A stretch of 9,981 nt of DNA, from the IMG/VR virus record IMGVR_UViG_2541047944_000001. One strand, given 5' to 3'. This DNA comes from a virus (lineage: Duplodnaviria; Heunggongvirae; Uroviricota; Caudoviricetes). Below the pieces are notes generated by a model. The model had not been told where the DNA came from, did no database searches, and saw only the letters and a program-made list of their open reading frames with translations. Below, piece by piece: positions 1-7,503 of this stretch (positions within the stretch are counted from its first letter, which is position 1; every line of letters begins with the position of its first letter). Both the position numbers and the translations under genes were made by a program.

Positions 1-288
1 CTACCGCCGCAACCGTTTCGGCTTCTTCCACTGGTAAGTATTTTTCGCGCTCTCCCTCCGTTGTTGAGAACGGCGACGGTATGCCAGCAACTCAAGAACT
101 CTGGTTCGTATGTTGCGCATATCCACGCCGTTAAGCTCAATACCGTCACGGCGCATCACATCAGCCACCACACGCGCGTAATTTTCAGCGGTGACGGTAT
201 CCGGCTGCTTGGCCTGTTCGTCAGCCAGCTGGCTGATTCCACCAGCACGGCGGATTAATCGCAGTATTTCAGATTCAGTCATTATCAT
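1..288 (-). CDS. Hypothetical small protein (95 aa) with a strongly basic C-terminal tail; downstream of and translationally coupled to the small terminase gene
   Basis: Complete ORF (ATG at 288, TAG at 1..3). Its start overlaps the stop of the upstream gene (285..287). C-terminus RRRSQQRRESAKNTYQWKKPKRLRR is Arg/Lys-rich. No recognisable catalytic motif. Confidence 0.45.
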   Translation of the reverse strand: MIMTESEILRLIRRAGGISQLADEQAKQPDTVTAENYARVVADVMRRDGIELNGVDMRNIRTRVLELLAYRRRSQQRRESAKNTYQWKKPKRLRR

Positions 289-770
289 GCCTGTTTTGCG
301 ACCTCATTCACTACGTCATTTTTTACCATCCGGCTGATAATCTGATTACACAAATCGTCAATAATTGACTGCACTCTGTTTACTGCCATCGGTTTAAGCC
401 CGGCATCACGTGCCAGAATATTGGGGAGTTTTGCCAGTTCCTCGCTTACGATTTCCCCCCATATAGCCATCTCTTTTCGCACATCATCGGCGGGTATGAG
501 TTGCGCCGTTTCCTGTTCGAACTTGAGGCGCTCACGTTCGGACTGATACCAGGCCTTACGGTCATGTGGCTCCATTTCTTCCAGTGATGCCGGAACGGGA
601 AGATCAAGAAAACAGGTCAGAATGTCAGTCACCCGATAGAGTTTCAGCTTGTCATGCCCTCCGGCTGGCTGGATGTTTTTCAGCCTTGCCGCCGCAGTCT
701 GACGACATATTCCCGCTATCGCCGCCAGTTGATTAATGTTCAGCATCAGATTTTTCAGTTCTCGATCCAT
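285..770 (-). CDS. Terminase small subunit, Nu1-like (N-terminal HTH DNA-binding domain), 161 aa
   Basis: The ORF track gives 285..857, but the ATG at 770 is preceded by GGAG (ctGGAGcgggtATG), so I trim to 770. The N-terminus LNINQLAAIAGICRQTAAARL is a helix-turn-helix followed by an acidic/coiled region, the same layout as lambda Nu1-type small terminases. Position next to the capsid gene fits a packaging module. Confidence 0.55.
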   Translation of the reverse strand: MDRELKNLMLNINQLAAIAGICRQTAAARLKNIQPAGGHDKLKLYRVTDILTCFLDLPVPASLEEMEPHDRKAWYQSERERLKFEQETAQLIPADDVRKEMAIWGEIVSEELAKLPNILARDAGLKPMAVNRVQSIIDDLCNQIISRMVKNDVVNEVAKQA

Positions 771-923
771 ACCCGCTCCAGAATGTTTTAAACATGCATC
801 TTGCGAACAACTTTCAGAAGAGGTCAAAAAATGCGCTATATGTTGAGCATAAAACAAGCAAAATTAACATACTAAAAATAAAAACACTTAAAATTCAATA
901 TCATAGAAAGATGATGATGACGA

Positions 924-1008
924 ATGAAAATGCAAAAACTAGCCTTTTTCCGCGCCGCTCCCGCCCCGTGGCAGACCACTCCACCGGGAGGACCCGTAAA
1001 AAAGGCGG
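924..1008. repeat. 85-bp direct repeat, copy A (84/85 identical to copy B at 3459..3543), between the capsid stop and the terminase start
   Basis: Direct comparison of the two stretches ATGAAAATGCAAAAAC(T/C)AGCCTTTTTCCGCGCCGCTCCCGCCCCGTGGCAGACCACTCCACCGGGAGGACCCGTAAAAAAGGCGG. Contains nested dyad symmetry (GCCTTTTT...AAAAAGGC; CTCCCG-cccc-GTGG-cagaccact-CCAC-CGGGAG). Confidence 0.9.
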
Positions 1009-1026
1009 CTGTCGCCGCCCTTGTTG

Positions 1027-2940
1027 TCATGCTCCACTCGATTTCAGTAATCCGCGATAATCGAGGGCCGCGACACCTGCATCTATGCGTACTTTCCAGG
1101 CGACACCATCAACAGTAAAGCCCACCTGCTCCTCAAGATATGGCGTATCCATCCCATCAAGATAAGCGACTTCTATTGTGTCCATCCCCTTAGCTGCGGC
1201 TACATACCATTCCTTGCTATTGGCCTTATCAAGACGTGGCTCAACAATTACTTCTGCCATATCTTTCACCACGTTAATGATGCCGGGGTTCTGATTGATA
1301 GTGCTCTCATCACCAACCGGAAAGACTGATGACGATGACAAAATGGCGCGACGCGCGGCAGATTCCAGCGCGGCAGGGACCAGAACAAAAGCAGGGGTAA
1401 TATTCAGGGAGTCGCCGTTAGCATCCTCCTGGAGGCGCATCCGCTTACGGGCTTCATCAAGCCCCACCATGTCCATATCCTTCGCAATAAGATTTTTATG
1501 ATCGGCATGGAATAACGCTTTACCATCCGTAAACTTGCCGTTGCTGGTTAACAGGAGATAAACCAGATTGCCAACTGTTCTGGCGGCTGCGCGTCCCATC
1601 GCCATGGGGATTGTAGTTAACTGGGTCAGGTCATCGTTGATAATGGCCTGACGGGTAACGGAAAAAATATTCCCGTACGTGGCCAGCGCAATAGGTACAC
1701 CTTTATCGCTGGTGGTGATGTATTTATATTCCGCACCTTCCGGTACTTTATCCAGCTTTGAAAAACCATTCAGACCAACGCGCTTTGCTTCATGAAAGTT
1801 TGAAAGCGAACCGGTACGCGTCCATTTCTGGAACGTTTCGCCGCTGTCCTGCCAGCCTTTCAGTACAGATTTTTCAGCCCCACCAGCCAGAATATGAGAA
1901 AAATCACTGCTGCTGTGTGTAAAAGCCGCATTAACAACCTGCGAGCGATTAATAAAACCGCTCACAGTGATACCACGATCAACCAGTGATGCCTGGGCCA
2001 TTTCAAAAAGGCTCATCATCGCGTAAGGGTTGCCTCGTTCAGGGCGTTCATACCCAAGACGGGAATAAAGCCCCTGACGAATTGCATCACCTGTTATGTT
2101 TCCGTTTCCGGCATAGATATGAGGCGGGGTATTTTTATTGGATGGCGTGGACTCGCGCCCCAGCTCGTTCAACAGCTTTTCACGGGCCATTTCCGGTGTA
2201 CATGATGCATCTTCCAGACACGCCATTTTGATCCCGTCGTAACGACTGCCGAACAGGCTAAACACTTCACTTATTCCATTGATGCGCTTCTGTTCATTAC
2301 CAGCAATATTTGCCGCTCCCTGTGGCGGTGTAATCATTCCTTTAATGGTTTCCGGCATATGTAAAAAATCTCCTGTGCGTTTCGATTCAATTCGCGCCAT
2401 TGCTCTGACGGATGGCAACAATTCATCAGCAAAACCGTGCTTAAGGCATTCTTTCCCATCCATCCAGGTTTCATCCTCCAGCATGGCGGTAATTTCCTGT
2501 GCTGATTTGCCCGTTTTTCTGGCATAAGCAGGGATTAACACGGTTTCCACCTTATCCAGCAAATCAGCATAATCACGCATATCGCCAGCATTTCCGCCAG
2601 AGATCCCCCACGGTTTATGGATCATCATCATGGCGTTCTCCGGCATCACTACACGATCGCCAGCCATTGCGACCACCGAAGCCATTGAAGCCGCAACACC
2701 ATCGATATAAACCGTAATGTCTGCCGGATGATTCCGTAGCAGGTTATAGATGGCGATGCCTTCAAACACATCACCACCTGGTGAATGGATCCTCAGATTG
2801 ATATGTGAAACATCGCCAAGGGCTTTCAGGTCTTCCGCGAACTGCTTTGCAGTAACACCGAAGCCGCCAATCTCCTCATAGATAGATATATCCGCCGCTC
2901 CACGAACATCCGCCGCCTTAATGGTGTACCAGCGATTCAT
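1027..2940 (-). CDS. Fused prohead (ClpP/S14-like) maturation protease and HK97-fold major capsid protein, 637 aa
   Basis: N-terminal ~190 aa carry the ClpP-like prohead protease signature (IHSPGGDVFEGIAIYNLL...VYIDGVAASMASVVAMAGDRVVMPENAMMMIHKPWG). The C-terminal ~400 aa resemble HK97-family major capsid proteins (...ATYGNIFSVTRQAIINDDLTQLTTIPMAMGRAAARTVGNLVYLLL...). Long uninterrupted ORF with ATG at 2940. Confidence 0.85.
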   Translation of the reverse strand: MNRWYTIKAADVRGAADISIYEEIGGFGVTAKQFAEDLKALGDVSHINLRIHSPGGDVFEGIAIYNLLRNHPADITVYIDGVAASMASVVAMAGDRVVMPENAMMMIHKPWGISGGNAGDMRDYADLLDKVETVLIPAYARKTGKSAQEITAMLEDETWMDGKECLKHGFADELLPSVRAMARIESKRTGDFLHMPETIKGMITPPQGAANIAGNEQKRINGISEVFSLFGSRYDGIKMACLEDASCTPEMAREKLLNELGRESTPSNKNTPPHIYAGNGNITGDAIRQGLYSRLGYERPERGNPYAMMSLFEMAQASLVDRGITVSGFINRSQVVNAAFTHSSSDFSHILAGGAEKSVLKGWQDSGETFQKWTRTGSLSNFHEAKRVGLNGFSKLDKVPEGAEYKYITTSDKGVPIALATYGNIFSVTRQAIINDDLTQLTTIPMAMGRAAARTVGNLVYLLLTSNGKFTDGKALFHADHKNLIAKDMDMVGLDEARKRMRLQEDANGDSLNITPAFVLVPAALESAARRAILSSSSVFPVGDESTINQNPGIINVVKDMAEVIVEPRLDKANSKEWYVAAAKGMDTIEVAYLDGMDTPYLEEQVGFTVDGVAWKVRIDAGVAALDYRGLLKSSGA

Positions 2941-3146
2941 TATTCCCCCACCGATGCAAAACCATTCTGATTAAGCCAGGTGTTTACGGCATGTCTGACA
3001 ATCTGCGCCACACCTGGTAATGGTTTGTCAGGATGATGATTTATATGGTCGATCCTGTACTGCTTAAGGCGCATAACGGTCTGCGCATCCAGATGAACGG
3101 AACCACCCCTGATATCGCCCGTGTTCAGGTCATTAATACAACTCAC
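2940..3146 (-). CDS. Hypothetical small protein (68 aa), first gene of the capsid operon; possibly a ribbon-helix-helix-like regulator
   Basis: GTG start at 3146 preceded by AGAGGAAG at good spacing. Its stop overlaps the capsid ATG at 2940. The beta-strand/helix pattern (SVHLDAQTVMRLKQY ... VAQIVRHAVNTWL) is compatible with a small DNA-binding fold, but this is weak. Confidence 0.4.
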   Translation of the reverse strand: MSCINDLNTGDIRGGSVHLDAQTVMRLKQYRIDHINHHPDKPLPGVAQIVRHAVNTWLNQNGFASVGE

Positions 3147-3247
3147 AGTAACTTCCTCTTACTGACTAAACTGTGCACATTATTGATCGATAAAAGTGGT
3201 AGATAAACATATTTCTATCACAAAAATAGATTAATGAGATTCAGACA

Positions 3248-3271
3248 CAAAAAAGCCGGAGAAAATCCGGC
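3248..3271 (-). terminator. Putative intrinsic terminator (minus-strand orientation) between the replication module and the capsid operon
   Basis: Stem GCCGGA (3255..3260) / TCCGGC (3266..3271) with a 5-nt loop. On the minus strand the stem is followed by a run of T (plus-strand A-run 3248..3254). Confidence 0.4.
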
Positions 3272-3458
3272 ATAAATATCCCGCCATCTGAACACGTTTT
3301 GACACAGGCAACTCCACCTGGCAGGTGAAAAACAGATTTATTTATATATTTCAATTAATTGCAAACTGGTCTAATGACAGGGAGAAAAAAATATTGTACA
3401 GGTGAAAACAGAAATAACTTTTAATTATCAATAAATTATCACACATGCTGCCGCCGCC

Positions 3459-3543
3459 ATGAAAATGCAAAAACCAGCCTTTTTCCGCGCCGCTCCCGCC
3501 CCGTGGCAGACCACTCCACCGGGAGGACCCGTAAAAAAGGCGG
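3459..3543. repeat. 85-bp direct repeat, copy B (84/85 identical to copy A at 924..1008), between the iteron region and the capsid operon
   Basis: Same sequence as copy A with one mismatch (C vs T at repeat position 17). Flanking sequence diverges immediately on both sides. Confidence 0.9.
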
Positions 3544-3691
3544 ATTGCTCCGGCTTCTGTTACTCGTTGCTTAAAACGGTATGTTATCCCCGTACGGATC
3601 ATCATTCCCCGCCTGTTGTTTTGGTGTGCTTCGCTGTCATAGGCTTTATCTCACAGCAGTAAATTAAAATTTTTGCGTTTTAACCCTTCAC

Positions 3692-3914
3692 CTGTTCACC
3701 TTTTGATATTTTCTCTTTTAATTCATAATGTTAAGGGGTGAACAGTTTCACAAAAACTATTCACCAACTGTTCACCACTGTTCACCCTTGAAGCTCAATA
3801 AACAATCAAAAAGGTGAACAGTGAATAGTTTGGTGAACAGTTCATAAATAACTGTTCACCCTATAATATACTGATATAAAAGATATTTATGACAGGGTGA
3901 ACAGTGGTGAACAG
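3692..3914. repeat. Iteron array: nine perfect copies of CTGTTCACC / GGTGAACAG in both orientations plus degenerate copies; putative P4-type replication origin (ori or crr-like) with an AT-rich spacer
   Basis: Forward copies at 3692, 3768, 3778, 3852; reverse copies at 3737, 3813, 3832, 3896, 3906; a degenerate ATTCACC at 3759. An AT-rich stretch at 3861..3892 could be an unwinding element. To my recollection TGTTCACC is the octamer bound by phage P4 alpha protein at ori and crr. The array lies immediately downstream of the alpha-like gene. Confidence 0.75.
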
Positions 3915-3927
3915 TTATTCCATAAGT

Positions 3928-5745
3928 TTAATTTTTGCTATCGTCATTAGTGACCGATACACATGATGGCATCCAGTCTTCTGATTCCTCCGTCAGTGTC
4001 ACGTTTGAACGCAAACCGTGCTTCGTTTTCCGTTTCATATACTCCCTGCCATATTCCGCCATTGCCCCCGGCATATCTTTACCGAAGCGCGTCAGTGTTA
4101 CAGGTTTACCAAACCCATGTGCCCTCATATAAGCCAGATAGGCATGATAGAGATACCTGCGTGGGCTGAATGGCACAATTTCAGCATTACCCACTAACAG
4201 GCCATCACACATTACCGACGCCATGAGATAGCCGCAGAAGTCCACCAGCGAATCCCCCTCTCGCTTTATCGCCAGTGCTTCTTCAGATTTCTGCTGCTCA
4301 TATAACAGGCGTCTGGCTTCGTCCTGGTCAGCAAACCGTGTAAGCAGATGGCGAATCACTACCGCCAGCTCACCTTCTATTTTTTCCGCCAGCATTGGAT
4401 CGCGTTCGTTCTCCGGTACAACTTCCGAAAAATTGAATATCACCCGACGACGTGAGATCCCCCCGCTGCGGTCACTGAATGACATGGCGTTATTGTTAAC
4501 CGCCAGCACTACTGCCGGAATACGCGTTGAGTAGGGGGCTTTGTGTTTCGGGTCAATTGCCACCTTGTCACCGCCTGTAATGGCCTTAATCCCTGCCCCA
4601 TCACCAGCGTAGCGGGTCATATCCGGCATGATAATCAGCGAAAAGCCAACCACTAACGCGCGTTCCCTTGCATCTTCCAGCGCCTTCATGCTTGCCGATA
4701 CTGTGTTGGCCTTACCCGCCAGCATGGTGCAAATCTCCGCCATCACGCTTTTACCACTTCCCCCTGGACCTGTTACCTCAATGAATAACTGCCAGTCGTA
4801 CCGGTTCGCCAGCACCATGAATAAGGCAGCCAGTACGCGATCCGCCTTGCGGTCATTCTCAGCCACCGAACGGCGTAACCACTTCCAGAAATTCGGCGCA
4901 TGTGTTGCCAGCGTTTCCCCCTCTGCTGGTGGGCTGAAAGGTAATTCACTGGCAATTAACAACCAGTCGTTTTTGTTATGCTCCCGAAAATTACCTGTTC
5001 TGGTATCAAATACCCCGTTACTGAATCCAATCAGGTTACGGGCTGTATTCCCCATTACAGGCAAACTTAACTTCATGGTATCGACCGCCGATTTAATGGC
5101 GTTCTGCGAATAGCTGATCTCCGCATCAATGAAAATCTGCGCCATAGCACGCTGTAACTCTTTATCCTGAACCGGCTCCCATACAATGCCGTTGTAATGG
5201 TGAACAGTGTCAGAGTCGGCATGAATCGCCAGTTCACCGCCATAATGTGCCAGGAGAACTTCGCCGCGTTGACTTGCTCCCATCTGGTTAAGCGCCAGTG
5301 ATGAAGCGTTATCGTCTTTTACCCGCTCTTTTTTCTTTACAGGCAGTTCAACTACCTTTTTCTTTTCCGCCAGCTCTCCCCGCTCACGTTCCAGATATTC
5401 GCGCCAGTTCTCCCGTTTCTGGCTGTGCATTCCTTCAGGATAATAATCAGCATCCCTGACACCTGCCGCTGCCAGTTTCTGCCCGATGGTATTAACAAGC
5501 CCCGGACGCAATAACCCCGCCTGGTAGAGACGCACGCGATAGCGTCCGTCCGGTACGATTTGCAGGTTGTCCAGTTCGGCAAGTTGTTGCTCTCCAAGCC
5601 AGACAGGTGGCACGTTATCGCCAGCCAGTCGCCCGTCCTGTTCCTGCCACTGCTTCGCATGTGCCCACGCATCACTACCCGCAAAAATGATGACTTCCGT
5701 CATTTTGTCACGCGGCTGGTGTTTTAAATTTGGCGCTTTTTTCAT
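3928..5745 (-). CDS. Replication initiator, P4 alpha-like primase/helicase (SF3 helicase domain with Walker A GPGGSGKS), about 605 aa
   Basis: Long ORF with Walker A motif (VTGPGGSGKSV) in the second half, typical of the P4-family phage/plasmid primase C-terminal domain. The first ATG at 5745 is preceded by GGAGAG and overlaps the stop of the upstream ORF (ATGA); the track's start at 5760 is a GTG. Adjacent TGTTCACC iterons support the call. It is shorter than P4 alpha (777 aa, from memory), so the N-terminal primase domain may be reduced or different. Confidence 0.85.
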   Translation of the reverse strand: MKKAPNLKHQPRDKMTEVIIFAGSDAWAHAKQWQEQDGRLAGDNVPPVWLGEQQLAELDNLQIVPDGRYRVRLYQAGLLRPGLVNTIGQKLAAAGVRDADYYPEGMHSQKRENWREYLERERGELAEKKKVVELPVKKKERVKDDNASSLALNQMGASQRGEVLLAHYGGELAIHADSDTVHHYNGIVWEPVQDKELQRAMAQIFIDAEISYSQNAIKSAVDTMKLSLPVMGNTARNLIGFSNGVFDTRTGNFREHNKNDWLLIASELPFSPPAEGETLATHAPNFWKWLRRSVAENDRKADRVLAALFMVLANRYDWQLFIEVTGPGGSGKSVMAEICTMLAGKANTVSASMKALEDARERALVVGFSLIIMPDMTRYAGDGAGIKAITGGDKVAIDPKHKAPYSTRIPAVVLAVNNNAMSFSDRSGGISRRRVIFNFSEVVPENERDPMLAEKIEGELAVVIRHLLTRFADQDEARRLLYEQQKSEEALAIKREGDSLVDFCGYLMASVMCDGLLVGNAEIVPFSPRRYLYHAYLAYMRAHGFGKPVTLTRFGKDMPGAMAEYGREYMKRKTKHGLRSNVTLTEESEDWMPSCVSVTNDDSKN

Positions 5746-6041
5746 TTCTGCTCTCTCCACGCGGCAATCATGTTTTTCAGTTCCTGTAGTTTTTTATCCA
5801 CATCCACACGTGACACATGGTTATTTCTGGAAGTCGGGATTTCCCGCCGGAATCTGCAAATAAAGATCTCCACGTTCAGCGAACTAAGAAATGAATATCC
5901 ATCACGGATAAAATAAACACGGTCAAACATCAGTTCTTTTACCGTTACTCTGTTACCGTTCTTATCCAGATAAATAGCGCCGGGGATAATTTTGTGGTGT
6001 GCATAACCGCTGGCAGTCAAGCCAGATAAATATGTTCTCAT
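5742..6041 (-). CDS. Hypothetical protein (99 aa), translationally coupled to the primase gene
   Basis: ATG at 6041 with GGGGA upstream; stop overlaps the primase start (ATGA). AT-rich relative to the primase. No recognisable motif. Confidence 0.5.
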   Translation of the reverse strand: MRTYLSGLTASGYAHHKIIPGAIYLDKNGNRVTVKELMFDRVYFIRDGYSFLSSLNVEIFICRFRREIPTSRNNHVSRVDVDKKLQELKNMIAAWREQK

Positions 6042-6047
6042 GATTAT

Positions 6048-6368
6048 TTATCCCCGATTTGAATCAGTATTCGCTTTCTTTATGGCATTTAATGCATCTG
6101 TGGCATTTTCAATGGTGCACCGTAACGAAATATCAAACTGCCCAAGCATTGCCAGTAACAAACCGATATTACCCATATCAATGCGCATGGCCTTTTCGTC
6201 ATAGTCCTCATTTTCTGACGCATGCCACATCAGGCTACCAATTGACGCAATACCCATTGATATATTGTCAGTAGCCCCATCCGCAGCGGAATAAACCTTT
6301 TTAGCAATATCATGCTCACAGTTAAAATGCGGATTAATCAGGTACTGGTAATTTGACATATCAGGCAT
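6048..6368 (-). CDS. Hypothetical protein (106 aa), in an operon with the HNH gene and the primase
   Basis: ATG at 6368 overlaps the HNH stop (6361..6363) by 8 nt. AT-rich. No recognisable motif. Confidence 0.5.
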   Translation of the reverse strand: MPDMSNYQYLINPHFNCEHDIAKKVYSAADGATDNISMGIASIGSLMWHASENEDYDEKAMRIDMGNIGLLLAMLGQFDISLRCTIENATDALNAIKKANTDSNRG

Positions 6369-7038
6369 GGCACACCCCCTGACGAATACGGGCGGCGAAT
6401 ACCATCACGCAGCCAGCCGGAGATTGCTGGCGTGCTTCCTGTTCGCTGGTGGCCTCAATGGTAATCACGCGCGGTTGTGCCGTGCTCAGGGCGATAAAAC
6501 GCCAGATATATTTATTCAGGTTGTGCGATTGCCCATTTCCTTCCCCGTGATTAGCAAATTTACCGTGATGCTGCTCGCGAAATTGTTTTACTACTTGTTC
6601 GGCCTCACAAATATCCGCAAATAGGCCTAGTCGATGGTTTTTTCCGTTAACACGACATTGGGCGCGCCATTTTTTATGCTGCTTACTCCAAGTAACTCCC
6701 TTGACTCCCGATGTATTATTTTTTGCCTTTAATATGTTGTATTGATTTTCTGCGCTCGTTGCTTCGCGGAGGTTAGTAATACGATTATCACTGCGTACCC
6801 CGTTGATGTGATCAATTAAATTTGTAGGCCATTTGCCATAAACATAAAGCCATGCAAGTCGGTGCGCTGCATAAAGCCTGTTTTTAACCCCAATCTGAAT
6901 ATAACCATGACTGGTAAGACACCCAGCAACACTACCATTTTTAACGTTTCTGGCTGGTGGAACTCTCCATGTAAAAACGCCTGTTTCAGGGTCGTAATGC
7001 AGGGTTTCACGTAAGTATTTTTGGGTTAGTTCAGCCAT
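6361..7038 (-). CDS. HNH endonuclease with AP2 DNA-binding domain (homing-endonuclease-like), 225 aa
   Basis: HNH_3-type motif (AHRLAWLYVYGKWPTNLIDHINGVRSDNRITNLREATSAENQYN) followed by an AP2-like domain (SGVKGVTWSKQHKKWRAQCRVNGKNHRLGLFADICEAEQVVKQFREQHHGKFA). ATG at 7038 preceded by GGAGG at 7-nt spacing. Confidence 0.8.
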   Translation of the reverse strand: MAELTQKYLRETLHYDPETGVFTWRVPPARNVKNGSVAGCLTSHGYIQIGVKNRLYAAHRLAWLYVYGKWPTNLIDHINGVRSDNRITNLREATSAENQYNILKAKNNTSGVKGVTWSKQHKKWRAQCRVNGKNHRLGLFADICEAEQVVKQFREQHHGKFANHGEGNGQSHNLNKYIWRFIALSTAQPRVITIEATSEQEARQQSPAGCVMVFAARIRQGVCHA

Positions 7039-7135
7039 GACACGCCTCCAATGTGGAGATACTGGAATAGTCAGGGTGAGTTTGGGTATGCTGTGTTCCA
7101 GCCATAATCGTTACTCCTGTTAACGGTTTGGTTAG

Positions 7136-7179
7136 ACGCCCCGTTACTGCTCCTACAGTGCGGGGCGTTGTTTTTTGTG
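7136..7179 (+). terminator. Putative intrinsic terminator in plus-strand orientation with no obvious upstream plus-strand gene
   Basis: Perfect 8-bp stem ACGCCCCG (7136..7143) / CGGGGCGT (7161..7168) with a 17-nt loop, followed by TGTTTTTTGTG. It lies in the divergent intergenic region between the HNH gene and the RHH gene. Confidence 0.45.
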
Positions 7180-7195
7180 TAATGGTAAGTACAAT

Positions 7196-7235
7196 GGTAA
7201 TTACCATGTAACTATAGTAATCAAGGGTAATTACC
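7196..7235. promoter_or_regulatory. Two copies of the perfect palindrome GGTAATTACC (within a 14-bp direct repeat GGTAATTACCATGT), candidate operator sites overlapping the RHH gene start and the divergent promoter region
   Basis: Palindromes at 7196..7205 and 7226..7235, centre-to-centre 30 bp (about three helical turns). A TATAGT -10-like hexamer (7213..7218) lies between them. The second palindrome abuts the ATG at 7236. Confidence 0.5.
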
Positions 7236-7409
7236 ATGTCAACACCATTAGAGAAACGATCGCCACCATACCAAATGCGACTACCAGAAGAATTTAGAGC
7301 GCAACTTGAGGAGGCAGCCAAGGCAGACGGCGACACCTCATTAGCTACTTGGATTAAACGAATACTCCGCAAAGAATTACAACAGCGCGGTATCGAGCCC
7401 AAAGGCTGA
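7236..7409 (+). CDS. Ribbon-helix-helix (Arc/MetJ-like) DNA-binding protein, 57 aa; candidate repressor; not in the supplied ORF track
   Basis: Translation: MSTPLEKRSPPYQMRLPEEFRAQLEEAAKADGDTSLATWIKRILRKELQQRGIEPKG. The segment YQMRLPEEFRAQLEEAAKADG...SLATWIKRIL matches the Arc-family beta-strand/helix/helix pattern. A strong terminator follows at 7504..7536, and palindromic operators sit at the start codon. Only a weak SD (AAGGG). Confidence 0.6.
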   Translation: MSTPLEKRSPPYQMRLPEEFRAQLEEAAKADGDTSLATWIKRILRKELQQRGIEPKG

Positions 7410-7503
7410 CAGCCAACCAGCAAGCCAGCACACTGATCACATTGCCCACCAGCCGCAAATGTGGCATTGTTGGTGATGCGTTCAAGTTTAGTGTGTATCC
7501 ATT

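Noticed and set aside
61-258. 65-aa plus-strand ORF at the left edge
   Set aside because: Antisense to the 95-aa minus-strand gene, with no RBS or motif support.
924-1008. 85-bp repeat as a P2/P4-type cos site
   Set aside because: It does not match the P2/P4 cohesive-end sequence as I remember it, and two cos sites 2.5 kb apart in one genome would be incompatible with packaging. Kept only as a generic packaging-signal possibility.
924-1118. 64-aa plus-strand ORF starting MKMQKLAFFRAAPAPWQTTPPGGPVKKA
   Set aside because: The ORF begins exactly at the 85-bp repeat, and its sibling at 3459..3662 shares only the repeat-encoded residues before diverging. It overlaps the 3' end of the capsid gene on the opposite strand. 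Conservation is better explained by a DNA or RNA element than by a protein.
1295-2717. Several 60-82 aa ORFs on both strands inside the protease-capsid gene
   Set aside because: All are embedded in the 637-aa ORF with clear protease and capsid motifs. No independent RBS or motif support.
3459-3662. 67-aa plus-strand ORF starting MKMQKPAFFRAAPAPWQTTPPGGPVKKA
   Set aside because: Same reasoning as for 924..1118: similarity is confined to the repeat and no convincing RBS is present.
3692-3914. Possible CRISPR array suggested by the many short repeats
   Set aside because: Repeats are only 8-9 bp, occur in both orientations and have irregular short spacers. This is an iteron array, not a CRISPR.
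4628-5113. 161-aa plus-strand ORF (and other 60-110 aa ORFs) inside the primase gene
   Set aside because: Fully embedded antisense in a well-supported long coding region, with Ser/Ala-rich low-complexity translation. The same applies to 3935..4169, 4773..4955, 5352..5684 and 5567..5863.
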